Shown here in pieces: positions 19,140-29,604 of a stretch of 64,000 nucleotides of DNA. This stretch comes from Bryobacterales bacterium. Its GTDB lineage: Bacteria > Acidobacteriota > Terriglobia > Bryobacterales > UBA6623. The stretch is from positions 2,038,515-2,102,514 of the forward strand of contig CBDDCL010000015.1 in NCBI GenBank assembly GCA_965226245.1, written 5' to 3'. The translations under genes and the position numbers were made by a program. A model generated the notes under the pieces. It saw only the letters and a program-made list of their open reading frames with translations, had not been told where the DNA came from and searched no databases. Within the stretch, counting starts at the first letter, position 1; each line of letters begins with the position of its first letter.

Positions 19140-19739
19140 CTTGCGCAGAATCGCGCTGGCCAACGCCTGAGACCTGTTCCCCTCGGAAAACAAAACGTTC
19201 TCCGAAAACGGAGGCATGAGGCTGAATCGATCGAGAGCCCCCACAATGAACAATCGAACGCGGCTTTGAGGCACAAAGTAACTGGCATCGATAAGGAAGG
19301 GATCACAACGGTAGCCGAGGCGGTTTAGCTCCTGAACAGCCGCGCGAAAATCAGCGCCTTTGCGCGAGGTTAAGAATCCAGGTACGTTCTCGATCAGTAC
19401 CAGAGGAGGCCGCTTTTCTCCCATCGATTCGAGCACGTGCGCAAAACCCCAAAAGGACCGGGATTCTGAACCGCTCAGTCCTTCTCTTGCACCAGCCAAA
19501 GAAAGGTCAGTGCAAGGGAAACCTGCTGTTGCCAGAAGCGCTGAAGGAACTTGCGCCGCATGGAGTTCGCCAACGTCGCCCACGACGTAGTCGCCGGCAG
19601 GGAAGTTAGCGGCGTAAGTGATCCGCTTTGACCCGTCGATGTCATTCGCAAAAAGACACTGCCAATCTTCACGTTCAAGCGCCCAGCGAATGAGGCCGAT
19701 GCCTGCAAAGAACTCGAGGAATGTCTTCTGGAGTATCAT
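19140..19739 (-). CDS. C5 cytosine DNA methyltransferase, N-terminal piece (motifs I-VIII)
   Basis: FAGIGL (motif I), GFPCTDLS (IV), ENVPG (VI), QSRVRLFIVG (VIII). The tail of ORF 19056..19739 is IS-derived. Confidence 0.85.
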
Positions 19740-20167
19740 CGCTCAACTTTGTTTTCGAGGCGTTTCAATGGAGCCAGCAGTCGTTTTGTCAAGTAGCTGT
19801 CTTCTTTGATCCGGCACTCCCAGACTGTCACGACATGCCAGCCTAGGCGCCGAAGCCGCTGCGCGTTCCGGCGGTCTCTTCTAACGTTCCGTTCGATCTT
19901 CTGGCGCCAATACCGCTTGTTGGTTACGGGTAACGCTGAGTGCGGGCATCCTGTGTGGCCGTGCCAGAAACAACCATTTACGAACACAACCGTTCGAAGT
20001 CGCGACAGAACGATATCTGGTTTGCCTGGGAGGTCCCTTCGATGGACACGATAGCGGTAACCCTTGGCGTGCAACCACTTGCGAACGCGCAACTCCGGCT
20101 TTGTGTCTTCCCCGCGGACCCGCGCCATCACTCGGCTTCGCGTTTCTCGGTCGAATACGTCTGCCAT
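19736..20167 (-). CDS. vsr: very short patch repair endonuclease
   Basis: TKPELRVRK...GKPDIV...VFVNGCFWHGH...NVRRD motifs. ATGA overlap with the MTase start. Confidence 0.9.
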   Translation of the reverse strand: MADVFDRETRSRVMARVRGEDTKPELRVRKWLHAKGYRYRVHRRDLPGKPDIVLSRLRTVVFVNGCFWHGHTGCPHSALPVTNKRYWRQKIERNVRRDRRNAQRLRRLGWHVVTVWECRIKEDSYLTKRLLAPLKRLENKVER

Positions 20168-20432
20168 TCAGCGCGCAACACGGGAACGCCGGCCCGGCCA
20201 CCGCTTCCAACTGAGCATATTGTACGCGAAAATAACAACTGGGTGGACACCAGCGCCGGGCCGGCCCCCCGAAGTTGTCTGGGAGATGGTCTTGCTCGAC
20301 AACTCGGAGGAAAACCGGGTCGGCTGGAGCCTGTTCGGAGCCGAGCACCTGCCGTCGTGGAGCCGATAGTGCGTTGCAGGCCCGAAAGGTGATCCGCTTG
20401 TCCCGGCGAGTTTTGGCCACCTCGACACTTCC

Positions 20433-21260
20433 ATGAAAATAGACGCCCATCACCATTTTTGGAAATACTCCGCGGCAGAATACGGCTGGATCGACGAAGA
20501 GAAGGCGGTCCTCCGCCGCGATTTCCTGCCCGCGCATCTGCACGAGGAAATCACAGCGGTTGGAATTGACGCCGTCGTCTCGGTCCATGCCCGCCAGAGT
20601 CTCGAAGAGACCGAAGAGCTTCTCCGTTACTCGGATCAGCACAAGTTCATGCGAGGGGTCGTGGGCTGGGCGCCGCTGATCAGCCCTTCAGTGAAGGAGG
20701 ATCTGGAGCGATTTTCGTCGCATCCGAAGCTAAAAAGCATTCGCCACGTACTTCAAGACGAACCGGACGATCACTACATTTCCCGCGACGACTTCAATCG
20801 CGGCGTGGCGGAACTGCGGCGGTTCAATCTGGCCTACGACATCTTGATCTTCGAGCGGCATCTGCCGCAGACGATCAACTTTGTCGACCGCCACCCCAAT
20901 CAGGTGTTTGTCCTGGATCACATGGGGAAACCCCGGATCAAGGACAACCTGATCACGCCATGGAAGGAGAACATCAGCGAACTCGCCCGGCGTCGGAACG
21001 TGTCTTCGAAGATCTCAGGCATGGTGACCGAAGCGGACTTTGATAATTGGACGGAAACGCAGCTCCAGCCTTACCTGGAGACTGTGCTGGAGGCCTTCGG
21101 GCCGGGCCGGCTGATGTTCGGTTCCGATTGGCCGGTCTGCCTGCTGGCTTGCCGCTACGGGCGCTGGTTTGAAATCGTTTCGAGATTCATCGGGAGGCTT
21201 TCGAGCGCCGAGCAAGAGCGGATACTGGGCGGAACGGCTGCCGAGGTTTATCGGCTCTGA
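20433..21260 (+). CDS. amidohydrolase family protein (amidohydrolase_2 / lactonase-like)
   Basis: MKIDAHHHFW start and an FGSDWPV motif near the C-terminus. Confidence 0.7.
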   Translation: MKIDAHHHFWKYSAAEYGWIDEEKAVLRRDFLPAHLHEEITAVGIDAVVSVHARQSLEETEELLRYSDQHKFMRGVVGWAPLISPSVKEDLERFSSHPKLKSIRHVLQDEPDDHYISRDDFNRGVAELRRFNLAYDILIFERHLPQTINFVDRHPNQVFVLDHMGKPRIKDNLITPWKENISELARRRNVSSKISGMVTEADFDNWTETQLQPYLETVLEAFGPGRLMFGSDWPVCLLACRYGRWFEIVSRFIGRLSSAEQERILGGTAAEVYRL

Positions 21261-21371
21261 GTGATTGCTGCGTCGCAGGATTTGGTTCCACACGCGGCAT
21301 CATTGGTATAGATGGCGGTGTAGATGGCGTCGCCGCTTGAGCGGCGAAGGGCCGGTGCGCGCTCGATTTCC

Positions 21372-21779
21372 ACAGGCCCGCCGAACTGTAAGCCGGTTTC
21401 TGTACCCCGGCCGAGGCCGGGGTGGCAGCCATTCGTCTAGGTCCGCCATTGCTGGCGGACTCGAGCAACCTACCCGGAACTTCGGCTGCCGGGGGAAGCC
21501 GAACAGCCGTGGGCGCGGCGGGTCACCGCTCGTTCCCTATTTGGTCTTGCTCCGCGTGGGGTTTACCCTGCCACCCCGGTTGCCCGAGGCGCGGTGCGCT
21601 CTTACCGCACCTTTTCACCCTTACCCCGGCGCTCGCCGGGGCGGTACGTTTTCTGTGGCACTTTCCGTGAACTACCCTTTGAGAGTAGCCCCCCGGCCGT
21701 TAGCCGGCACGCTGCCCTGTGGAGACCGGACTTTCCTCCCCGCCATCATGGCGCGGCGGCTGCCCGTTCGGCGGACCCA
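21372..21779 (-). ncRNA. rnpB: RNase P RNA, bacterial type A
   Basis: The minus strand carries GGAGGAAAGUCCGG (reverse complement of 21726-21739), GGUAAGGGUGAAAAGGUGCGGUAAGAGCGCACC and a 3' ACAGAAACCGGCUUACAG. P1 pairs 21766-21777 with 21375-21386. Confidence 0.9.
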
Positions 21780-22152
21780 AGTTGATTCTAGCATCACCCT
21801 GTTTCGCTTACCTGCCCGCCTCCTAGCCCGCATTTCTCACCACCTGACGGCCGAAGCACGCGATAGGCCCGCCATTACTTCGTTGCGCTTGCGTGCCGCT
21901 GCCTCGGCAGTGTTCCCAGGCAAGAATGCGCGGCTGCGATTGATTACGTAACGTCGCACGTGATGGTCTTCCGAAAGTGGAATTTCTTGCTTGCAGAACG
22001 TCCGTATTGATCAGGGCAATACCGCTTCGGTTGTTGCAGCCGTGGACGCCGTCGTGCCAGAAAATTTGGCAAGTTCTACTGTAAGTACTGCAAGTTTTTC
22101 TGGATGCTGGGCTAGAAATGAGATAGAATACTAGGTGACACTCTAGTACTTT

Positions 22153-23325
22153 GTGGAGATGATGAGTCGTAGCCCGCACTCCAATGTTGTTGCCGAGCAC
22201 TCGCGGAGGCCACCCGGCCAACCTTGGTTCCGGTTTGGCTTTGCCGCCTTTCTTGTCTTCGAAGTTCTACTGTTGCTGGAGGGCTTCCTTCGCTTTGCGA
22301 ATCCCGCGGACTTCCGGCTCCCGGCAAGCTCCTGGAAAGGGTCTGAATGGGGCGACCTCGTTCACCAGCCCTCGCCGCTGCCCGGCCTCGACTACGAACT
22401 GCGCCCCGGCGTATCGAAAGAACTGCCGAACGGGTTCCACGTTCTTATCAACAGTTACGGGATGCGCGGGGACGAGCCTCTTCCGGCCGATGCGAAGGAG
22501 GTCTATCGAATCGCTGTCTTGGGAGATTCCTATACATTCGGCTATGGGGTGGAGGAAGAGAAACCTTATCCGGTGGTGCTGGAAAACGCGTTAAATGCTT
22601 CCCGTGCGGCACAACCTGTGCGCTTCGATGTCCTGAACTTCGGAGTCAGCGGATATTCCACTCGTGAGGAAGCGCTTGTGCTGGAACATAAGGCCCTTGC
22701 TTGGAACCCTAAAATTGTGGTTCTGGGTTACTTTTTGAACGATCCAGACCAAGTTCCTATCCAGCCTCTTCAATTGCTCTTCCAGGATCCCGCCTGGTGG
22801 CAGTACCTTCATGTTGGCCGAGCGGTGGCGGCTGTCCAATTTCAGTGGAACATGAACCGCTACGGCGGTGGAGACTATTTCCAAGCGCTGCATGCCGGCG
22901 GGTCTGAAAGCTGGCGTAGCGTGCGACAAGCTTTTCGCGACATCCGGGCGCTGACCGAGCCGCGAGAGATCGAAGTGATGGTGGCGATATTTCCATTCAC
23001 TCCGGCGGAAAGCTGGTCAGGGTATCGATACCGGAACCTGCATAGCAAGGTCTCCGGCGCGGCGCGGGACGCTGGCTTTGCCGTGGTCGACCTTCTCGAA
23101 CGATTCGCGACAAGGGAACCCCGGCATCTCGTTGTCAGCGAAAATGACAATCACCCGAGTCCTCTGGCCCACTGTTTGGCAGCGGAAGCGCTGCTGGATC
23201 ATGTCGCGGAGAGCATTCCAACCTTTTTTCAAGAATCTCCGCAAGTGGACTGCTCGGAGCGGATCTTGTCGGAGACCGCGCCGATCGAGTCGCTCTTCCC
23301 GCCAAGCGCCGCTCCTTCGCGCTAG
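22153..23325 (+). CDS. SGNH/GDSL hydrolase family protein with N-terminal membrane anchor
   Basis: IAVLGDSYTFGYGV block I. Paralogous architecture to 48344..49525. Confidence 0.65.
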   Translation: MEMMSRSPHSNVVAEHSRRPPGQPWFRFGFAAFLVFEVLLLLEGFLRFANPADFRLPASSWKGSEWGDLVHQPSPLPGLDYELRPGVSKELPNGFHVLINSYGMRGDEPLPADAKEVYRIAVLGDSYTFGYGVEEEKPYPVVLENALNASRAAQPVRFDVLNFGVSGYSTREEALVLEHKALAWNPKIVVLGYFLNDPDQVPIQPLQLLFQDPAWWQYLHVGRAVAAVQFQWNMNRYGGGDYFQALHAGGSESWRSVRQAFRDIRALTEPREIEVMVAIFPFTPAESWSGYRYRNLHSKVSGAARDAGFAVVDLLERFATREPRHLVVSENDNHPSPLAHCLAAEALLDHVAESIPTFFQESPQVDCSERILSETAPIESLFPPSAAPSR

Positions 23326-23344
23326 CCGCGGGCTTCTCGAAAGC

Positions 23345-24835
23345 CTACTCGAAGATCGTGTCGACGCGTACGATCTCGACGCTGCCGATATCGAGCTTGT
23401 ACTTCCCGATCAGCTTGTCTTCGTCGAGAATTTCTTTTGGTTTCGGAGAGACGTACTCGATCGTTGACGGCCTTCGGGAGCTCAAGGCTTTCTTGAATCC
23501 TTGGGCGTCTTTGGTAATGACCACCACATCGAGATCATTCGATCGAAGGTGCTTGCGAATGGCCTGATTCACCCTCTCAACGCTCAGCTTTTGCAGCGCG
23601 TCCTTGAGGAATTCGTTGAAATCCGCGATGCCATAATACTTGCTGTCGAGCGCATAGCCGAGCTGATTGCTTTGGGTTTGGGTAACGAGGTTGACGTACT
23701 TCGACAGGAAGAGCCGCGTCGACTCGAACTGTTCCTCCGACAACCCTTCTTTGACCAGCTTGTCGAGTTCGTAGAGAGCGATCCGCAAAGCGAACATGCC
23801 GTTGCGCGCCTCGACCGGACGAATCCAGATGTGAAAGATCTGCTGCCGCCGGCCCAAGTTCGGATCGGGCTGGAACTGAAACATGCCTCGGGGGAAGTAC
23901 TCGATATAGGCGTAGTCGCCATAGTTCATGCCGCGAACTTCCCGAATGCGCTGATAGAGGTGGCTCTTACTGGATCGATGCTGGCCCAGGTAAGATTGCA
24001 CAAGCTTCAGCGCCGGCCAATCCGGGGAACTGCGGTTGACGTGGACAGCGAATCCCAGGGCAATGTGTGTTCCGCGAGTGTCTTTCTCGATGATCTTGAT
24101 GCTGAGCTTTTGGGGAGCTTGCGGCGTTGGCAGCGGGACAGGTTCCGGCTTGCCCTCCGGGAGCTTCGAGAAGTCGGCCGCTACCTTTTCGGCGAAGCCC
24201 TTGGGATAGCCGCCCGCCAGCCCGAGCACTACGTTGCCTGCCGTGTAGCGCTCTTGGTAGAAGCTCTTCAGGTCGCCGATGGTCAGCTTTTCGAGAGAGG
24301 CGACGGTTCCCGAGTTGTGCCAGCCGTAAGGGTGAGTTTGATAAATCCGCGTATAGAGGAACTCCTTGCCCAGTTCCTCTTCGTTGTTGCTGCGGAGCTG
24401 AATTCGGAGAAAATTGACGGCCTCGTCTTTGAGGCGCTGAAAATCGTCTTCACGCCAGCCAGGGTCGAGCAGCATCGAACGTACGATCCCGTAGTAGCGA
24501 TCGAGGTTTTCCACGTGGGTGGTCCCCTCGAAGACCGTCATCTCCTTGTCTACTTGAGCGCTCAGCGAAGAGGCCATGGGGAACAGAGCCTCGACGATTT
24601 CGTCATAGACCATGTCGTTACTTCCACCTTTGCTCAGCATGGCGGCGGTTAGGGCGGCAACGCCTTGCTTGCCGGCAGGGTCGCTGGCCGCGCCGGCATG
24701 AAACAGAATCCGAAAAGTAACCAAGGGCGTTTCACTCTGAATCGCAAGAATTTCTGGTGTTTCCGCTTGTAATGGGGTCCCCCCTAGGAGCAGAAGTGCC
24801 ATGAGCAAGAGACTCTTCGTGAACTGATGAGTCAT
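23345..24835 (-). CDS. M16 family peptidase, non-catalytic-type subunit
   Basis: Signal peptide and pitrilysin-like fold pattern without HxxEH. Overlaps the upstream M16 gene by 4 nt. Confidence 0.7.
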   Translation of the reverse strand: MTHQFTKSLLLMALLLLGGTPLQAETPEILAIQSETPLVTFRILFHAGAASDPAGKQGVAALTAAMLSKGGSNDMVYDEIVEALFPMASSLSAQVDKEMTVFEGTTHVENLDRYYGIVRSMLLDPGWREDDFQRLKDEAVNFLRIQLRSNNEEELGKEFLYTRIYQTHPYGWHNSGTVASLEKLTIGDLKSFYQERYTAGNVVLGLAGGYPKGFAEKVAADFSKLPEGKPEPVPLPTPQAPQKLSIKIIEKDTRGTHIALGFAVHVNRSSPDWPALKLVQSYLGQHRSSKSHLYQRIREVRGMNYGDYAYIEYFPRGMFQFQPDPNLGRRQQIFHIWIRPVEARNGMFALRIALYELDKLVKEGLSEEQFESTRLFLSKYVNLVTQTQSNQLGYALDSKYYGIADFNEFLKDALQKLSVERVNQAIRKHLRSNDLDVVVITKDAQGFKKALSSRRPSTIEYVSPKPKEILDEDKLIGKYKLDIGSVEIVRVDTIFE

Positions 24836-26217
24836 TCTCCACCCCCGGTAGTCCCGTCCGATTGAGCAGCTGTAGGATCGAATTTGAGCTTGACAATGGT
24901 TCGGCCGGTCTCGATGAATGTCCTTTCGGCAACCGCTTTCACATCATCGGCGGTAACTCCGCGGTAGAGCGCGTAGCGCTTGTTGATCGTCTCGGGAGAA
25001 TTGCGCAGGCCAAGGTAGTGGGCCAGCGTACCCGCGATGGCGCCGCTGCTGTCCATACCGAGGGCAAACTGATAGCGAAGGTGAGATTTCACGGCCTCCA
25101 ATTGGTCCGCTGGGATCAAGTCTTGCCGAAGCGCCTCGCAGGTCCGGAGAATCTGCTCCCGCACGTAGTCCACGTCTTCGTCTTTCTTGACACGCGCCAC
25201 AACGGAGAAAAGAAAAGGATCCCGATGATCGTAATACTCGGGGAACAGGGCGTCGACCTTCTGCTCTTCGATAACGAGCCGCTTGTAGAGTTCGGAATTT
25301 TCCGAGAAGGCGTGGTAGGCGATCACGTCAAGCACGGCTGAATCCACCACTCCATCGTCGTACGCCGCGGCATGAAACGAGACTGACAGGATGGGCAGGG
25401 TCGGCGCGTGGAATGCAATGTCCAGCTCCTTTGGTTCGGTCTGGGCAGGCTCGACCGGCATGTCCGGTTTGTAGTCGCCGCGCTGCCACTGGCCCCAATA
25501 TTTCTCTACCAAGGGCAGAGTCTCCCGCGGTGTCACGTCGCCAACGATCGCAATGATCGTGTACTCGGGGCGATAGTAGCGGTCGAAGAACTTCAGGCCG
25601 TAGTCGTACATCTGGGGCATGTTCTCGACATCTTCCTCGAACCCCATCGTTGTGTGCTTGTAGGTATGTTTGCTGAACGCGGCGTTGCGCCTGACTTCGT
25701 CGAGCTTGCGCATTGGGCTGGCGAAGTTCTTGTTATATTCGCCTAGCACGGCGCGCGTTTCCGTCTTGAAATCGTCTTCGGAATAGTTCACGTTCTGGAA
25801 GCGGTCGGCTTCGAGTTCCAGGATCGGTTCTAAATCCTCTTTGGAGAAAAGGGCGTGGTAGACCGTCCGGTCATCGCTGGTGTAGGCGTTTGTCGAGGCT
25901 CCGGCGGCCTGCATGATCTCGTCCCATTTCTCGGCGGGAAATCTCTCGGTGCCGCGAAACATGAGGTGTTCAAACAGGTGAGCAAAACCGGAGCGGCCGG
26001 GTTCGATTTCGTTGCGCGAGCCCACCTGCACCACCGTGTAGAGCGCGACGATATTGGGGTAACCGGTCGTGACGGTGACCAGGCGCAAACCGTTCGGCAG
26101 ATCGTCGATCTGGTGCGCGTAGGGGAAGATCTCGTCCTCCGGCGGCGGCGCGGCACAGCCGATCAGCAGCAATGCGACGGCAAGAACGCGAAGCTTTCTC
26201 TGAGAAGATTGTGACAT
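24832..26217 (-). CDS. M16 family (pitrilysin/insulinase) zinc peptidase
   Basis: The HLFEHLMFRGT motif (HxxEH) lies near the N-terminus. Confidence 0.85.
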   Translation of the reverse strand: MSQSSQRKLRVLAVALLLIGCAAPPPEDEIFPYAHQIDDLPNGLRLVTVTTGYPNIVALYTVVQVGSRNEIEPGRSGFAHLFEHLMFRGTERFPAEKWDEIMQAAGASTNAYTSDDRTVYHALFSKEDLEPILELEADRFQNVNYSEDDFKTETRAVLGEYNKNFASPMRKLDEVRRNAAFSKHTYKHTTMGFEEDVENMPQMYDYGLKFFDRYYRPEYTIIAIVGDVTPRETLPLVEKYWGQWQRGDYKPDMPVEPAQTEPKELDIAFHAPTLPILSVSFHAAAYDDGVVDSAVLDVIAYHAFSENSELYKRLVIEEQKVDALFPEYYDHRDPFLFSVVARVKKDEDVDYVREQILRTCEALRQDLIPADQLEAVKSHLRYQFALGMDSSGAIAGTLAHYLGLRNSPETINKRYALYRGVTADDVKAVAERTFIETGRTIVKLKFDPTAAQSDGTTGGGE

Positions 26218-26455
26218 CGTCCGTATCCTTCATAGGATTCTAGCGTCTTCGGCACCGGAAAGGAGCGTTTTCGAGGTGACGTGCCCGAGCCCCGTACGTG
26301 CAAACGTTGCGCCGGCAACCTTGGCGGCAGCCCCGCTGAACTGCGTTGCGTTCGCGCCGGCGTTGCCGACCGGGCCGTGCTCATCCGCCACGCTATTCGC
26401 CGCGGAGCGGCGGACGCGGGTGTTTGCTGATTCGCGCGCTCGCCGAAGCCCGATG

Positions 26456-26872
26456 TTATTTTTTCTTCTTCGGCTTGTGAACCTTATGGCAGCCGCGGCA
26501 GCCTTTGCCGATCTCCGCGGTGGCCTTCTTCCATGCGCCCAGGTCCTTCGCCTCCGCGGCCCGCATGGACGCCTTCCCGGCGCCAATGACAGTGTTGGCT
26601 CCGGTTTCCCAAACGTCGTCCTTGATACGTCCGCCCATCAGCAGTAGCTGTGAAGACTCGGCCAAGACGGAAGCGTAGGCTTTGGCATGCTTCCAGTCTC
26701 TTTCAGATTGCGGGCCGCCGGCTTTCATCATGGCGGCCAGTCCGTCCATGTTCGGTTCTTGCACGAGTTCCATGATGTCGTGCGCGGAGGCCACTTTCTC
26801 GTAGGTGTGCTCGGCGCGGACGGCCCCCGCCATAGCAACGGCGATAACAACAATCCAAAGTTTATTCTTCAT
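26456..26872 (-). CDS. class II (four-helix-bundle, cytochrome c'-like) c-type cytochrome
   Basis: Signal peptide and a single C-terminal CRGCH haem-binding motif. Confidence 0.6.
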   Translation of the reverse strand: MKNKLWIVVIAVAMAGAVRAEHTYEKVASAHDIMELVQEPNMDGLAAMMKAGGPQSERDWKHAKAYASVLAESSQLLLMGGRIKDDVWETGANTVIGAGKASMRAAEAKDLGAWKKATAEIGKGCRGCHKVHKPKKKK

Positions 26873-27009
26873 AGCTGCTTAGTTTCCTTTTCTGAATTGT
26901 AGCGAAACCATTCTCTCCCAAGACGATGCAACACAAGCATTAATTTACGCTCGTTCGCCCATCGGGGGAAAGCGCTTGGTCAATTTCCCTTAGCGGCCAG
27001 TTTCAGCGG

Positions 27010-28953
27010 TCAGTCCGCAGTGTTCTTCGAATCAATCAGACGGCGCGTCTCCGCGATGAACTCGCCGATGGGCTTGGCTCCCAGATCCCCGCGCTTGCGG
27101 TGCCGCACCGCCACTGTACCAGCCTCGGCTTCGCGCCCGCCGACCACCAGCATGTAGGGGATCTTCTGTAACTGCGCCTCGCGAATCTTGAAGTTGACCT
27201 TTTCACTTCGGGAATCGAGTTCCGTGCGGATGCCCGCGGCTCCGAGCTGATCGGCTACCTGCCGGGCGTACTCGTTCTGGCGATCGGTAATCGGAAGCAC
27301 GATCGCCTGGACCGGAGCCAGCCACAGCGGGAAGGCCCCGGCGTAATGCTCGATCAGCACGCCGAAGAACCGCTCCACGGAGCCCCACAATGCCCGGTGG
27401 ACCATGACCGGCTGGTGAGCCTTGCCGTCCTTGGCGATGTATTCCAGCTTGAAGCGCCGCGGCAGATTGAAGTCGAATTGCACCGTCGAGAGCTGCCAGG
27501 GACGCCCAATCGCATCGACCAGCTTGACGTCGATCTTGGGACCGTAGAAAGTGGCTTCGCCCGGCATCACCTTGGCTTCGATGTCGCGGTCTTTCAGCGC
27601 GCTGAAGAGTCCGTCTTCGGCCATCTTCCATTCTTCCGCCGAGCCCGCATACTTGCCGCCCTGCCCGCCGTCCCAAGTCGACAGCTCGACCTCGAAGTGG
27701 TTAAAGCCAAATGTCTTCAGCACGTCAAGCGCGAAGTCCACACACCCGACGACTTCGTCCTTGACTTGCTCGGGAGTGCAAAAGATATGCGCGTCGTCCT
27801 GCGTAAAACCCCGCACTCGCAGCAGGCCGTGCATTACCCCGGAGCGCTCATAGCGGTAGACCGTGCCCAGCTCGCCGAGGCGGATCGGCAGGTCACGGTA
27901 GCTGCGCAAGCTGTTCTTGTAAATCAGAATGTGGAACGGGCAGTTCATCGGCTTGAGCTGGTAGGCGGAGTCGTCCAGCTCCATCGTCGAGAACATGTCA
28001 TCGGAGAAGAACTCGGCGTGGCCGGAGGTCTTCCACAGATCGTGCCGCGCAATGTGCGGCGTGTAGACCAGTCCGTAACCGCGCCTGACGTACTCCTCGC
28101 GCATCCAGTCTTCCATCAGGCGGCGAATTGTTCCGCCTTTGGGATGCCAGAAAATCAGTCCCGGACCGGCGTCTTCTTGAATGCTGAACAGGTCTAGTTC
28201 CTTGCCCAGCTTGCGGTGGTCCCGCTTCTTGGCCTCTTCCAGCCGATGGAGGTGCGTATCCAGGTCCTTCTTCGAGAAGAACGACGTGCCGTAAATCCGC
28301 TGCAGCCTGGCGTTGCGCTCGTCGCCTTTCCAGTACGCGCCGGCCACCGACAGCAGCTTGACGGCCTTGATGCGGCCCATGCTGGGGATGTGCGGCCCGC
28401 GGCAGAAGTCGAGAAAGTGCTCGCCCGTCTTGTAAATCGAGATGCGGTCCCCTTCGGCTTTGTCCTCGATCAGCTCGCACTTCATTTCCTCGCCTTGCTG
28501 TTTGAACTTGGCGACGGTTTCTTCACGGGGCAGCCAGACGCGCTCGTTCGCCGGATCCCGCTGGACAATCTCGAGCATGCGCGCCTCGATTCTTTCGAGG
28601 TCTTCCGGAGTGAACGGCGTTTCCCGCTGAAAATCGTAGAAGAAACCTTGTTCGGTCGGCGGCCCGATTCCGAGTTTGGTTTCAGGGTAGAGCTCCAGCA
28701 CGGCCGCGGCCAGCAAGTGAGCGCTCGAGTGGCGGTAGACCTCCAATGCCTGCGGGTCGCGATCGGTCAGAATTTTCAGGCTGGTGTCGCTGTCCATGGG
28801 ATGCGTGAGGTCGACCAGGTCGCCGTTTACCTGGGCCACCAGCGCGGCTTTCGCCAGCCGCGGGCTGATCGACTCGGCGATGGCCAGCGGCGTGGTCCCT
28901 TTCTCGGCGGTCTGCTCGGATCCATCCGGCAGAGTGACGCGAATCGATTCCAT
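27010..28953 (-). CDS. thrS: threonine--tRNA ligase
   Basis: 647 aa. TGS domain start (IRVTLPDGS), class II core motifs, and an anticodon-binding C-terminus. Confidence 0.95.
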   Translation of the reverse strand: MESIRVTLPDGSEQTAEKGTTPLAIAESISPRLAKAALVAQVNGDLVDLTHPMDSDTSLKILTDRDPQALEVYRHSSAHLLAAAVLELYPETKLGIGPPTEQGFFYDFQRETPFTPEDLERIEARMLEIVQRDPANERVWLPREETVAKFKQQGEEMKCELIEDKAEGDRISIYKTGEHFLDFCRGPHIPSMGRIKAVKLLSVAGAYWKGDERNARLQRIYGTSFFSKKDLDTHLHRLEEAKKRDHRKLGKELDLFSIQEDAGPGLIFWHPKGGTIRRLMEDWMREEYVRRGYGLVYTPHIARHDLWKTSGHAEFFSDDMFSTMELDDSAYQLKPMNCPFHILIYKNSLRSYRDLPIRLGELGTVYRYERSGVMHGLLRVRGFTQDDAHIFCTPEQVKDEVVGCVDFALDVLKTFGFNHFEVELSTWDGGQGGKYAGSAEEWKMAEDGLFSALKDRDIEAKVMPGEATFYGPKIDVKLVDAIGRPWQLSTVQFDFNLPRRFKLEYIAKDGKAHQPVMVHRALWGSVERFFGVLIEHYAGAFPLWLAPVQAIVLPITDRQNEYARQVADQLGAAGIRTELDSRSEKVNFKIREAQLQKIPYMLVVGGREAEAGTVAVRHRKRGDLGAKPIGEFIAETRRLIDSKNTAD

Positions 28954-28998
28954 GGCAGTGGCTACTTGTTGACGGGGAAGGGAGCTGCTCGGCGGAAG

Positions 28999-29364
28999 CT
29001 ACTTCTTCGAGGAGTCAGACGGCGCTTTCGCCGTGGTTGAAGAGGAAGAGTCGCTTGTACTCTTCGTCTCGCTTTTTGTCTCGCTCTTGCTTTCGGCTTT
29101 TTTGTCGGACTTGCTGTCGTCCTTGCCGTTCTTCGTGTCCGGCTGGCCGTCGCCGTCCGGCTGGCCGTCGCCGTCCGGCTGGCCGGAGCGGGCGTAGTCG
29201 GTCACGTACCAGCCCGTACCCTTGAACTGGATGGCGGGCGCCGACAGCAGCTTCTTGAGGACCCCTCCGCAATCATCGTGTTCGGTCAGCAGCGGATCAG
29301 AGAACTTCTGAATCTCCTCGAAGCGCACTCCGCACTTCTGGCACTCATACTCATAGAGTGGCAT
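28999..29364 (-). CDS. FmdB-family zinc-ribbon protein with Ser/Asp/Lys-rich tail
   Basis: MPLYEYECQKCG...DDCGG CxxC pair. The tail contains a GQPDGD x3 repeat. Confidence 0.8.
   Translation of the reverse strand: MPLYEYECQKCGVRFEEIQKFSDPLLTEHDDCGGVLKKLLSAPAIQFKGTGWYVTDYARSGQPDGDGQPDGDGQPDTKNGKDDSKSDKKAESKSETKSETKSTSDSSSSTTAKAPSDSSKK
29137..29184. repeat. 18-bp tandem repeat x2.7 (encodes GQPDGD repeats)
   Basis: GTCCGGCTGGCCGTCGCC is repeated at 29137, 29155 and 29173 (the last copy partial). Confidence 0.9.
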
Positions 29365-29604
29365 ACTTTGATGAAATTCCCTTTGGAAACCCTAATTTCC
29401 CTCGATTCCTTAGTATACCAGGGAAGGGCTTCAGGTACGGAGCGGGCTGGGTAGTTCGGCTGGCCGTAAACGGCTGAAACCGGCCCCGGAATACGCTGGA
29501 GCTGTGGCTCTCGGCCGGCTCAAAACGGCCAGCCTTGTGAGAGGCAAGCCACGTCACCGCGACTACCGATCGCCGTGGGCTGCTGGGTTCGGCGGAAAAG
29601 ACAC

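Noticed and set aside
23501-24652. Long antisense ORFs opposite well-supported genes (for example 23501..24652, 42083..43066, 32775..33764, 27346..28197, 28216..29040, 13294..14154, 19881..20642, 37594..38364, 49513..50298, 56415..57257, 6992..7753, 10102..11022)
   Set aside because: These are typical high-GC shadow ORFs with Arg/Ala/Gly/Pro-rich, motif-free translations. Each fully overlaps a gene that has clear family signatures on the other strand.
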